Below are positions 6,871-16,096 of a DNA stretch of 18,762 nucleotides, piece after piece (the stretch's first letter is position 1; each line of letters begins with the position of its first letter). Below the pieces are notes generated by a model that did no database searches, was not told the origin of the DNA, and was given only the letters and a program-made list of their open reading frames with translations. The DNA is taken from positions 1-18,762 of the forward strand of contig JBDRFE010000014.1 of NCBI GenBank assembly GCA_043819075.1. The letters run 5' to 3'. A program made the position numbers and the translations under genes. This stretch comes from an archaeon (GTDB taxonomy: Archaea; Iainarchaeota; Iainarchaeia; Iainarchaeales; 1-14-0-10-31-34).

Positions 6871-7870
6871 TTCTTTTTTTTTGGTTGCAATAGGAGTTTT
6901 TCTTGCACTGGTTTTTGATTTCGGCAATGGATTAAATGATGCTGCAAACGCGATTTCAACTGTTGTTGCAACAAGAGTTTTGTCTTTAAGGTCTGCTGTA
7001 CTGCTTTCAGCTTTCTTTAATTTTGCTGCAGCATTCTTTTTTTCTGTTGCTGTTGCCACTACAATTGGAAAAGGCTTGATTCATCCAGAGGCTGTTACCA
7101 CAGTAATTGTGTTAAGCGGCTTGATTGGCTCAATTTTATGGGTTTATGCTTCTTCTTTTATTGGAATACCTGTTTCTGCTTCGCATGCATTAATTGGCGG
7201 CTTTGTTGGTTCGGCTTTGATTGGCGCAGGATTTAATTCACTGATTCTTTCAGGCATTATTCCGGTTTTTGCTTTTATTTTTGTTGCTCCAATTCTGGGC
7301 GCAATTGGTTCATTCCTTTTTTCTTCTCTTGTTTTAAAGATTGTAAGAAACGCTCCTCCTGGAAAAGTCAACAATTATTTTAAAAAACTGCAGTTAATTT
7401 CTGTTTCAGTTTATTCTTTAGGCCATGGAACAAATGACGCGCAAAAAACAATGGGATTGATTTCAATTTTATTGTTTTCCGGAGGATTTTTAGGCAGTGA
7501 GTTTTTTGTCCCCTGGTGGGTTATAATTGCTTCTTATACAACCATTGCTTTGGGAACAATTGCCGGCGGCTGGAAGGTCGTAAAAACAATGGGAACAAAA
7601 ATAACTAAGTTAAGGCCTGTTAACGGCTTTTGTGCTGAAACATCTGGTGCTGCAGTAATTCTTGGAAGCACTTTTTTTGGCATTCCGGTCAGTACAACCC
7701 ATGTTATTTCCGGCTCTATTATGGGTGTCGGGATATCAAAAAGGCTTTCTGCTGTAAGGTGGCAGATTGCAAGAAATATTGTCTGGGCATGGATTCTCAC
7801 AATTCCGGTCACTGCTTTAATCGGGGCAATGAGTTACTTGATTTTAAATCCTTTAGTTAATGCTCTCTAA
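6863..7870 (+). CDS. pit: PiT family inorganic phosphate transporter
   Basis: GLNDAANAIST, PVSASHALIGG, HGTNDAQKTMG, PVSTTH signatures. Confidence 0.95.
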   Translation: MLDSFFLVAIGVFLALVFDFGNGLNDAANAISTVVATRVLSLRSAVLLSAFFNFAAAFFFSVAVATTIGKGLIHPEAVTTVIVLSGLIGSILWVYASSFIGIPVSASHALIGGFVGSALIGAGFNSLILSGIIPVFAFIFVAPILGAIGSFLFSSLVLKIVRNAPPGKVNNYFKKLQLISVSVYSLGHGTNDAQKTMGLISILLFSGGFLGSEFFVPWWVIIASYTTIALGTIAGGWKVVKTMGTKITKLRPVNGFCAETSGAAVILGSTFFGIPVSTTHVISGSIMGVGISKRLSAVRWQIARNIVWAWILTIPVTALIGAMSYLILNPLVNAL

Positions 7871-8410
7871 AAATTTCCTTAATTTTTTTGCTGCCTGCGC
7901 TCTGTGAGAGAACTTGTTTTTGCTTTTCCTTGAAAAAAAGGCAAGCACTCTTTTTTTTCCGTGCGGAACAAAAATTTTTTCATAAGCCATGACATCTTTT
8001 TCTTTCAGAAAAACTTTTTCTGTTATTTTTCCAAAAAGTTTTCCGGTAAAAGTTTTTGTTTTTCCTTTTCCATTCACAAAACAAATAACTGTTTCATAGA
8101 AAGCGTTTCTTTTTTTTCCTTCAAGTTTTTCCAGCAGTCCCTTGAAGCCAAGTTTTTCAAACACTCTTTTTGGCTCTGTTCCGGGAAAATTTTTTAATGA
8201 AGTAAAGTAAATCCCGGTGTCTTCTGCAATTAACGGCTTATGCAGTTTTTCAAAAGCTTTTTTTGCCTTGAATTCAGCTATTTTTTTCACTGAACCAAGT
8301 TTTGGTTCGTGAATGTCAAGCTCTTCCTGTTTTAATTTAATTTTTTTCCCTAAAACTTTTTGTATTTCCTGCATTTTATGCTTGTTTCCTGTTACAAAAA
8401 TTAACTGCAT
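7853..8410 (-). CDS. rdgB: Non-canonical purine NTP pyrophosphatase (RdgB/HAM1/ITPase)
   Basis: FVTGNKHK, AEDTG, FPG, KNKFSHR motifs. Confidence 0.9.
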   Translation of the reverse strand: MQLIFVTGNKHKMQEIQKVLGKKIKLKQEELDIHEPKLGSVKKIAEFKAKKAFEKLHKPLIAEDTGIYFTSLKNFPGTEPKRVFEKLGFKGLLEKLEGKKRNAFYETVICFVNGKGKTKTFTGKLFGKITEKVFLKEKDVMAYEKIFVPHGKKRVLAFFSRKSKNKFSHRAQAAKKLRKFLESIN

Positions 8411-8430
8411 AAAACCTTTGTTTTCCTAAA

Positions 8431-8440
8431 GCTTTAAATA
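8431..8440. promoter_or_regulatory. Putative bidirectional TATA box
   Basis: GCTTTAAATA gives TTTAAA about 28 nt upstream of both divergent starts (8410 on -, 8461 on +). Confidence 0.4.
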
Positions 8441-8460
8441 TTTGTTTGAAAACAAAACTT

Positions 8461-9747
8461 ATGATGAAAAAACTTGTTTTGGCACTTGTTTTGGTTTTAG
8501 CTTTTTCCGGCTGCCTTTTGGAGCCCCAGGTAAACATTAAGTCAGTTGATGTTTCAGCTGAAAAAGCTGTTGTAGAGATTCAGTCAAACAAGGAAACCAG
8601 TGTTGAAGTAAAGTTATTGGATGAAAGCAACAACATTTTGTGCACGAAAGAACTTCTTTTAAAGCAGGGAAATAATTCAGTTGAATTAAACTGCACTCTT
8701 TCTTCTTCTAAAGTAAAAGTTGCTGTTTCTGCTGGAGGAGCAGTTTTTTCAAAAGAATTAAATGTTGGTTTTGACGGGGGAAGCCTGAATCAGAAAATTT
8801 TGTTGCTTGCTGGCCAGACCCTTGAAGGAGAACTGATGGGAATTCTTGCAAAAAACTTTGAGAAATCAAGTGAATGCACTGGACAAAAATATGTTGACAG
8901 CATGAACAGTTTTTTTGAAAAAATGTCTGAATCCAATCCTTCTTATATTTCTTCTACTGACAATCCTTTTGCTAATTTATCCCAGGAAGAAATTGTTTTG
9001 CTGGATGAACAGATTAATGCAGTGAAATCATGTGAGATTTCAGTTGAAAAGAAAATAACTGATGAAGGCAGTTCAAAGTATTCGGTTAATTATTCTTTTG
9101 TTGCAGTGAACTGCGGGGATAACACTGTTTCACAGCAAGATGTAATGATAATTGAAGTTAATTTAACCAGCAATTCAGCTGAAGTAACCAAAGGCTCTTT
9201 TTCTGATTCAGGAATGAGTGAAGAAGAAATTGCTTACCTGCATGAAGTTTACACAATGATTGGCGGATGCATTAAGGCAATGATGCTGAACATAAGCACT
9301 CTTTCTTCAGTAAGTTCTTCGCCGGAAATGAAGGCAATTCCTGTTTGCACTTCAGGCCCAGGCCACATAGAAATAGAGTATTTTGGTATTGAACCAAGCT
9401 ATGCAATTCTGCGCATTAAAAAATCTGTTGAAGAAGAAATTACTGTCACTGGTTTTACTGGCTCTCCTGTTTCAATTTCATGCAATTTCTGCCCTCAAAA
9501 ACTTTTTACTCCTGAACAAAACAATGGCGTGACAATCTTTAATGTGGATGGAAATTTTTTCGAGCAGGGAATTGGCAGCACGATTAACGAGGAAATAACA
9601 ATTAATTATTCTTTGGATGGCTTTAATTACTCTCAGCTGGTTACCTGCACTGCGACAGTTGAAGACACTTGGGGAAGCACTGAAATTCAGAAAGAGAATG
9701 TAACTGAAATCAAGAACGAGAACGCAACTGTAATTAAAGTTGGCTGA
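8461..9747 (+). CDS. Secreted lipoprotein-like surface protein, Cys-rich, unknown function
   Basis: MMKKLVLALVLVLAFSGC signal and lipobox; acidic and Ser/Thr-rich; 10 further Cys. Confidence 0.8.
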   Translation: MMKKLVLALVLVLAFSGCLLEPQVNIKSVDVSAEKAVVEIQSNKETSVEVKLLDESNNILCTKELLLKQGNNSVELNCTLSSSKVKVAVSAGGAVFSKELNVGFDGGSLNQKILLLAGQTLEGELMGILAKNFEKSSECTGQKYVDSMNSFFEKMSESNPSYISSTDNPFANLSQEEIVLLDEQINAVKSCEISVEKKITDEGSSKYSVNYSFVAVNCGDNTVSQQDVMIIEVNLTSNSAEVTKGSFSDSGMSEEEIAYLHEVYTMIGGCIKAMMLNISTLSSVSSSPEMKAIPVCTSGPGHIEIEYFGIEPSYAILRIKKSVEEEITVTGFTGSPVSISCNFCPQKLFTPEQNNGVTIFNVDGNFFEQGIGSTINEEITINYSLDGFNYSQLVTCTATVEDTWGSTEIQKENVTEIKNENATVIKVG

Positions 9748-9760
9748 TTTTTCAGAAAAA

Positions 9761-10960
9761 CTATTTTGAATTCTTTTCCATGAATTCTTTTATTCTTTCA
9801 ATTCCGTTTTTAATGTTTTCATCTGATGTTGCAAAAGAAAACCTGATGTGTTCTCCTTCTTCCGGAATTTTTGTGCCAAAGTGAATGTCAGACAAGACAG
9901 CAACTTTTGCTTCATCTAAAAGTTTTTTCCTGAATTCCTCTGAATCCTTTATTCCTGTCAGCTTGCATGCTTCTGTTACATTAGGGTAAGCGTAAAAGGT
10001 TCCTTTAGGGCTTAAGCACTTAAAGCCGGGAATTTCATTTAACAGCTTTACGATTAAGTCTCTTCTCCTGTGGAATGATGCAGTCATTTTATCTGATTCT
10101 TCTATTGCTTTAGTTAATGCACCGATTGCAGCGTATTGGTTTGGATGAGCTGCTCCTGCAGTGATGTTTATTGCCCATGTCTTGAAATATTTTGAAAGCT
10201 TTTCGTTTATTGCATAGCCTATTCTCCACCCAGTCATTGCAAAAGTTTTTGACACTCCGGTAGCAATAATTGTGTTTTCCTGCATTCCATCCAATGATGC
10301 AATGGATTCAAACTTTCCTTCAAACAGGATGTTTTCGTATATTTCGTCTGAAAAAACCCAGATATCTTTTTCCATTGCAATTTCAGCTATTTCTTTTAAT
10401 GCATTTTTTGTTAATACTCCGCCTGTAGGGTTTTGTGGTGAATTGATTATAATCAGTTTTGTATTGCCTGAAACTTTTTTCCTGAATTCTTCTGCGTCAA
10501 AGTTAAAGTTTTTTGATTCAAGCAAATTGTATGGAACAGGCTTTGCCCCGTTGACTATTGTCTGCGCCTGGTAAATTGGGTAGCCGGGATTAGGGAACAT
10601 TACTTCGTCGCCTTTTCCTGAGTCTGTTGTGGTCATGATTGAATGGGTAATAAAAGGTTTTGCTCCTGCGTCAACTACAACTGCTTCAGGGTCAATTTCA
10701 ATGCCTCTTTTTTTTCCCTCGTATTCTGCTATTGCTTCCCTTAATTCTTTTATTCCCCTGCAGTCAGCGTAACCTGTTTTTCCTTTTTTTAATGCATCTA
10801 TTGCTGCATCTTTTACTGCCTGAGGCGAGTCAAAGTCCGGCTGGCCAACACAAAAGCTGATAATTTTTTCTCCTTTAAACAATCTTCTGTTGACTTCCTC
10901 TAAAACCACGAAAGCGTTTTCTGTTCCAAGTCCTTTAGTCCTATCAGAAATTCCAGGCAT
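9761..10960 (-). CDS. PLP-dependent class I aminotransferase (aspartate aminotransferase-like)
   Basis: GQPDF, INSPQNPTGG, SDEIYE, SKTFAMTGWRIGY (PLP Lys), GTFY, IRFSFA. Confidence 0.93.
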   Translation of the reverse strand: MPGISDRTKGLGTENAFVVLEEVNRRLFKGEKIISFCVGQPDFDSPQAVKDAAIDALKKGKTGYADCRGIKELREAIAEYEGKKRGIEIDPEAVVVDAGAKPFITHSIMTTTDSGKGDEVMFPNPGYPIYQAQTIVNGAKPVPYNLLESKNFNFDAEEFRKKVSGNTKLIIINSPQNPTGGVLTKNALKEIAEIAMEKDIWVFSDEIYENILFEGKFESIASLDGMQENTIIATGVSKTFAMTGWRIGYAINEKLSKYFKTWAINITAGAAHPNQYAAIGALTKAIEESDKMTASFHRRRDLIVKLLNEIPGFKCLSPKGTFYAYPNVTEACKLTGIKDSEEFRKKLLDEAKVAVLSDIHFGTKIPEEGEHIRFSFATSDENIKNGIERIKEFMEKNSK

Positions 10961-11070
10961 TTTATTCCTCCAAAAAGTTCATAATTTTTCATACAATTGA
11001 AAGCGCAAAACAAATTTAAACTTATTTGTAGATTGATTTGCGGTTTCTTTTTTCAGTTTTGGATTGTGCA

Positions 11071-12612
11071 TTAAACTTTTTTGTAGATTGATTCGCTGAT
11101 TTCTTTTTTCAGTTTTGGAAACTGTGCAAGCCAAGCCTTTCTTTCTTTTTTCATTGCATCAATTTTTTCCCTGAATTCTTCTTCAGAATAATAATGCGAG
11201 GGCTCGAATTCAGAGAAATCTTTTCCATTCACTGTTTTTGGAACCAAGTAATTAAAGTCTTCTGCTTTCTTCCATTCAATGCAGTCTTTTGCAACAAACT
11301 TCATTAAATCAGTTGACAATTTAATTGAAATATTTTTTCCTTTTTCAAAGCCAGTTCTTCCAACCCCTCCTGTGTTCATTAAAAAGCATTCAATTTCAGG
11401 ATTTTTTTTCAGGATTTCAAGCAATCTGTTTCCTTCGTATTCTTCTCTTCCAATAATAAAAGGATTTGTTCCAACTTCTCTTTTTGACTGGCCTGCTTTT
11501 GTTGGGTCTCCAGCAGAAGTTTCAATGCTTTCCCCTAACATGAAAAAAGCTGCTGCCTGTTCAGGTGAAAGCTTTGCTATTACTGGCACAATGTCTTCTC
11601 TTCTTGTAATAAAAATTATTTTGTCTGCTTTTTTCAGGTCAATTTCTTTTCCTGCTCCGCTTACTTCATTTCTTGGCAATACTCCGCGGCCGTTTGAAGT
11701 TAACTCAAAGTCTTTGAAATCAATTTTTCCGTTTTCGTCAACTTTGACGTTTTCAAATATCGCTGAAGGCTTAATCGCTGCCTCAAACAATACTTTCTGG
11801 CTTTCATCTAATCCCTCTGTTTTGATAAAAAAGCCGAATTCTGTTCCGGCACAAAAGCCTTTTTCATCCATTAAAACAATATCATCCTGCCGAATGCTAA
11901 CTTTTTCTTCTCCGATTAATCCGTGGTCATGGATTGTTAAAGTTGTTTTTCCTGTGCCGCTTAAGCCGAACATTATAAAGCCCACTTCTTTTATTTTCCC
12001 TGTTTTGTCTTTGACTTTCAATAATTTGCTTCCTGCGTGAAAGCCCAAGCCTTTTGTTTTTTCCTTGTGGTAAAGCATTGTCATTCTCAAAAAAGATTTT
12101 TTTACTTCACCAAAATAATCTGAACCCAGGCAGAAAGTTATTTTTTGTTTTGGATAGCAAAAAATTTTTGTTTCAGGCCATTCAGGAATATGAACACTGA
12201 TTAATTCAGGGTTTTTTCCTTTTCCGGGAAAAAGCATGTAATTCCACATGAACCCAAGCCTTGCAAAATCTTTTGTTGTGTAAAGCCTGCATGGAATCTC
12301 ATAATCCGGATTAGTGCACATTGTTTTGTCTAACTGGATTAATTCTTTTCCTTTCAAGTATTCCAGGACTTTTTCTGCCAGTTCTTCTGCTTCTTTTTCT
12401 TCTATTGGTGGCTGTTTTATTCCTAACTCTGTTTCAGGCACAATAAAAGTTTTTTTTGCGCTCCTGTTCCTTATTTTTGAAACAAAAGAGGCAGAGCCAA
12501 ACTCTGTTGTTTTTTCATCTTTTTTTGCCTTGTCCCTTAATTCTTCTGCTGAAGGATTAATGATAATATGGCAGTTTTCACTTATTTTTTTTATTAAGCT
12601 TTCTTTATTCAT
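11071..12612 (-). CDS. pckA: Phosphoenolpyruvate carboxykinase (ATP)
   Basis: YFGEVKKS, FHAG, FGLSGTGKTT P-loop, QDD, FENV, TSNGR, MNTG. ATG at 12612 preferred over TTG 12639. Confidence 0.9.
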   Translation of the reverse strand: MNKESLIKKISENCHIIINPSAEELRDKAKKDEKTTEFGSASFVSKIRNRSAKKTFIVPETELGIKQPPIEEKEAEELAEKVLEYLKGKELIQLDKTMCTNPDYEIPCRLYTTKDFARLGFMWNYMLFPGKGKNPELISVHIPEWPETKIFCYPKQKITFCLGSDYFGEVKKSFLRMTMLYHKEKTKGLGFHAGSKLLKVKDKTGKIKEVGFIMFGLSGTGKTTLTIHDHGLIGEEKVSIRQDDIVLMDEKGFCAGTEFGFFIKTEGLDESQKVLFEAAIKPSAIFENVKVDENGKIDFKDFELTSNGRGVLPRNEVSGAGKEIDLKKADKIIFITRREDIVPVIAKLSPEQAAAFFMLGESIETSAGDPTKAGQSKREVGTNPFIIGREEYEGNRLLEILKKNPEIECFLMNTGGVGRTGFEKGKNISIKLSTDLMKFVAKDCIEWKKAEDFNYLVPKTVNGKDFSEFEPSHYYSEEEFREKIDAMKKERKAWLAQFPKLKKEISESIYKKV

Positions 12613-12741
12613 TTTTCCCACTTTTTTCCTGAAAAACAAATTTTACTGTTCAAAAATCTTTTAAACAGATTGACTCTATTTTTATTGCAGGAAAACTAAA
12701 TTGTTTTTTTGTTTTTTTGCTTTTTGTTTAAGGTTTTTTTA

Positions 12742-13476
12742 ATGCACTCTGAAACAATAATTAAGGCATCCAATGTAGTTAAAACCTATGATATGGGTGC
12801 AGTTAAAGTTCATGCATTAAACGGAGTTGACTTTGAGTTAAAGGACGGGGAATTTATTTCAATTATGGGTCCCTCTGGAAGCGGAAAAACCACTTTGCTT
12901 GATGTCTTAAGCGTTTTATTGCGCCCGACTTCAGGAGAGGTTTTCATTAAAGGAAAGCCTATTTCAAAAATGAATGATGATGAACTGGCAGGCATTAGGG
13001 GCAGGACAATTGGTTTTGTTTTCCAGACCTTTAATTTAATTAACAGGCTTACTGCAAAAGAAAACGTGATGATGCCTTTATGGTTTCAGGGTGTGCCAAA
13101 AAATGAAAGGGAAAAAAGAGCTGAAAAAATTCTGGCTGAAGTCGGTTTGGGTGACAGGGTAAACCATAAGCCGTCTGAATTATCCGGAGGCCAGAGGCAG
13201 AGAGTGGCAATTGCAAGGGCTTTAGCTGTTAATCCTGAAATAATTGTTGCAGACGAGCCCACAGGAAACCTTGACTCTGTTTCAGGAAAACAGATACTGC
13301 AGTTAATCAATGACTTGCATGAAAAACAGGGAAAAACTGTTTTGATGGTAACCCATGAAAGGGCTATTGCTGAAAACGCTGAAAAAATCCTTAACTTAAA
13401 AGACGGAAAAATTGTCGGCACTGAAGTCCTGAAAAAGAAAGCAAAATACTTTAATGGAGAAAACAGAAAAAATTAA
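12742..13476 (+). CDS. ABC transporter ATP-binding protein (LolD/MacB type)
   Basis: GPSGSGKTT, IGFVFQTFNL, LSGGQRQRVAIARAL, ADEPTGNLD, VTHE. Confidence 0.95.
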   Translation: MHSETIIKASNVVKTYDMGAVKVHALNGVDFELKDGEFISIMGPSGSGKTTLLDVLSVLLRPTSGEVFIKGKPISKMNDDELAGIRGRTIGFVFQTFNLINRLTAKENVMMPLWFQGVPKNEREKRAEKILAEVGLGDRVNHKPSELSGGQRQRVAIARALAVNPEIIVADEPTGNLDSVSGKQILQLINDLHEKQGKTVLMVTHERAIAENAEKILNLKDGKIVGTEVLKKKAKYFNGENRKN

Positions 13477-13552
13477 TGAATGCAATCAGTTGAATGATTA
13501 TTAAATGTTTTGAATTTAATTATTTTAGGAGAAAATTTTTGGATGTGATAAA

Positions 13553-14761
13553 ATGAAAAAACTTGGCTTGATTTTTTTTGTATTTCTTTTGGCTGCAACA
13601 GTTAATGCAGTTAACTTGGATATTAATTCAGTTACTTATTCGCCGTCTCCTGCGGTTCCAGGAGGCTATTTTGAGTTATGGGTTGTAGTAAAAAACACCA
13701 GCAATGCTGAGTCAAACCCGGTTAAATTCATTTTAAATTTAGAGTATCCATTTTCTCTTGACCCCGGAACAAGCAATGAAAAAGAGTTAGGCACTGTAAG
13801 GGGCCACGACAATATTCTGGTTAAATTCAAGGTAAGAATTGATTCAGGGGCATTAAACGGCTCATATAATATAAGGCTGAAAACAGAGGAATCAGGTGCA
13901 ACAAGCAAGAGCAGCCCTTATTCAATTGACGTTCAGAGAATCAGCCCGCAGATAGAAATAATTTCTGTTTCGCCGATAGAGATTGCTCCAGGCGCTTCAT
14001 CTGAAGTTAAATTAAACTTAAAAAACATCGGAAGCGGTAAAGCAATAGATGTTTTAGTGGGAAGCATTGAAGACAGGACTGTAACAACAACTGGGGTTGT
14101 AGTTGAAAGAGAAATAAAACAACTAGGAAGTTCTTTTGTTTACTTAAAAGAAATTGCCGCAGGACAGGAACAAACTGTTTCAATTCTTTTAGGAGTGAAT
14201 CCAACCGCAGAACAGGAAACTTATATGGTGCCAATAACCATTAAATTCAAAGACGATGAATTAACCGATTACACCCAGACAAAATACATTGGAATAAAAG
14301 TAACAGAGAACGCTGAACTTGATTCAGTTATAAGCGGTTATTCTGTTAAGCCTTTTCCCGGAGCAACAACTGAACTGACTTTTGACTTGTTTAATGTAGG
14401 AGTCGGGGATGCAAAATCTGTTGTAGTTGAATTATCAACTAATGCAGGAAGCTTTGAAAACATAAAACAGTTTATTGGAACAATGAATGCAGATGACTTT
14501 GATTCATTCAAAGAAACACTCAAATTAAACTCTGATTTAAAGAAAGGAGACTATTCTGTTACACTGAAATTCACTTTCAAGGACCAGTATGGAATAACCA
14601 AAACAGAGACAAAAACTTTAACCCTTAAAGTCTATGACTTAACAGAGATTTCGGTTGCAGGGGAATTCAATTTATGGTTCTGGATTGTAGTGTTAATTGC
14701 ACTGTATTTCGGCGGAAAATTCCTGCACAAAAAATTCATTAAAAAAGAGAAAGTAAAGTAA
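13553..14761 (+). CDS. COG1361 S-layer-domain-like protein
   Basis: Signal peptide, three Ig-like repeats (VKNTS, LKNIGSG.A, LFNVGVGDA), and a C-terminal TM anchor with basic tail. Typical partner of MacB-type ABC genes in archaea. Confidence 0.82.
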   Translation: MKKLGLIFFVFLLAATVNAVNLDINSVTYSPSPAVPGGYFELWVVVKNTSNAESNPVKFILNLEYPFSLDPGTSNEKELGTVRGHDNILVKFKVRIDSGALNGSYNIRLKTEESGATSKSSPYSIDVQRISPQIEIISVSPIEIAPGASSEVKLNLKNIGSGKAIDVLVGSIEDRTVTTTGVVVEREIKQLGSSFVYLKEIAAGQEQTVSILLGVNPTAEQETYMVPITIKFKDDELTDYTQTKYIGIKVTENAELDSVISGYSVKPFPGATTELTFDLFNVGVGDAKSVVVELSTNAGSFENIKQFIGTMNADDFDSFKETLKLNSDLKKGDYSVTLKFTFKDQYGITKTETKTLTLKVYDLTEISVAGEFNLWFWIVVLIALYFGGKFLHKKFIKKEKVK

Positions 14762-14779
14762 ATAGGGGAAAGGGAAACA

Positions 14780-15976
14780 ATGGTTTACTTTGAAACCTTT
14801 TCCGTTGCCTTCAAGAACATCCGCAGCCAGAAAATGAGAAGCTACCTGACTTTGCTTGGAATAGTAATCGGCATTGCAGCAATCATTTCCTTGATTGGAA
14901 TAGTTCAGGGCTTACAGGGATTTATTACAGGCGAATTACAGGCGCTTGGAATGGACACAATTTTTGTTGAACCAGGCTCTAATGCAGGGATTTCAACTGC
15001 AATTTCAAGAACAATAACAAACGACGACCTTGATATGATTAGAGGCATTCAGGGAGTAAAAGATGCAACAGGTTTTTGGGAAACTTCTGCTACAATGAAA
15101 TTCAAGGGACAGGAAGCTGAAGTGCTTTTAATCGGCATGGAACCGGATAAAATGTATTTGCTAGAGGACATGGGTTATATTGATTTAATTGAAGGAAGGG
15201 ATTTTACTTCAACTGACAGATTTGTTGTAGGATTGTACTCTGATTTTGCTTCAGAAACATTTGATACTGAAATAAAGTTAAGGGAAAACGTTGAATTAAA
15301 CGGAAAAAAATTCAGGGTAATTGCAATAAGCAAGCCAAACACTTTTGCTTCTTCGTTTGGTGCCTCAAACATGGTGTTAGTGACAGACACAATAGTAAAA
15401 GAATTCTTTAACGAAGAAAGACCCACAGAACTTGCAGTAACAGTTAATAACGCTGATGAAATAAAAGAAGTTCAGGAAAGAATTGAAAAAAGATTAGAAA
15501 AAAAACACGGCACAAAAGACTTTTATACAATGACTTCAGAAAACATTCTTTCAAGCGCAGACACAATCCTTGGTTTAGTCGGATTAGTTGTATTTGTTAT
15601 TGCAGGAATTTCTTTGGTTGTAGGCGGCATTGGAATAATGAACACAATGTTAATGGCTGTAATGGAGCGCACAAGAGAAATTGGAATAATGAAAGCAATC
15701 GGCGCAAGCAGCAACTTAATTCTTTCATTGTTTTTGTTTGAAGCAGGCTTAATCGGCTTGATTGGCGGAATAATCGGAATAATTTTAGGGGCATTAATTG
15801 GCGGATTAGCTTCTTTTGTTGCTTCAATTGCAGGCTTTCCGTTCAATGCACTTCCTTCAGTTGAATTAATTGCAGGTGCAATGGTTTTTTCTCTTGCAAT
15901 TGGCATGATTTCAGGATGGGTTCCGGCGAGAAGAGCAGCCAGAATGGACCCGGTTGAAGCTTTGAGGTTCGAGTAG
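14780..15976 (+). CDS. ABC transporter permease, MacB/FtsX family (paralog 1)
   Basis: RSYLTLLGIVIGI, ISLVVGGIGIMNTMLMAVMERTREIGIMKAIGA, PARRAARMDPVEALR. Confidence 0.94.
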   Translation: MVYFETFSVAFKNIRSQKMRSYLTLLGIVIGIAAIISLIGIVQGLQGFITGELQALGMDTIFVEPGSNAGISTAISRTITNDDLDMIRGIQGVKDATGFWETSATMKFKGQEAEVLLIGMEPDKMYLLEDMGYIDLIEGRDFTSTDRFVVGLYSDFASETFDTEIKLRENVELNGKKFRVIAISKPNTFASSFGASNMVLVTDTIVKEFFNEERPTELAVTVNNADEIKEVQERIEKRLEKKHGTKDFYTMTSENILSSADTILGLVGLVVFVIAGISLVVGGIGIMNTMLMAVMERTREIGIMKAIGASSNLILSLFLFEAGLIGLIGGIIGIILGALIGGLASFVASIAGFPFNALPSVELIAGAMVFSLAIGMISGWVPARRAARMDPVEALRFE

Positions 15977-15979
15977 CCC

Positions 15980-16064
15980 TGCCCTTTTTCTTTTTTCCGA
16001 AAAAGAAAAAGTGCAAGTTGCCCAAAAAGAAAAAAGGAGAAGAGTTGCCCAAAAAGAAAAAAGG
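15980..16064. repeat. Hairpin plus 22-bp direct repeat, purine/pyrimidine-tract element
   Basis: Inverted repeat TGCCCTTTTTCTTTTT-TCCG-AAAAAGAAAAAGTGCA (15980-16015, one mismatch), then AGTTGCCCAAAAAGAAAAAAGG twice (16016-16037, 16043-16064). Confidence 0.8.
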
Positions 16065-16096
16065 TTTAAAAAAATAAAATTAAAAAAAAGGTTTGA

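Noticed and set aside
7853..7870. Convergent 18-bp overlap of pit and rdgB
   Set aside because: Common in compact genomes; no sign of special function.
11279..12040. 253-aa plus-strand ORF and other antisense ORFs in the track (for example 248-613, 1755-2120, 15523-15906, 16066-16530, 18263-18652)
   Set aside because: Shadow frames opposite well-supported genes, F/S/I-rich with no motifs. 18263-18652 is antisense to ribB.
16016..16064. 22-bp direct repeat as a mini-CRISPR
   Set aside because: Only two copies, a 5-bp spacer, low complexity and no cas genes in the window.
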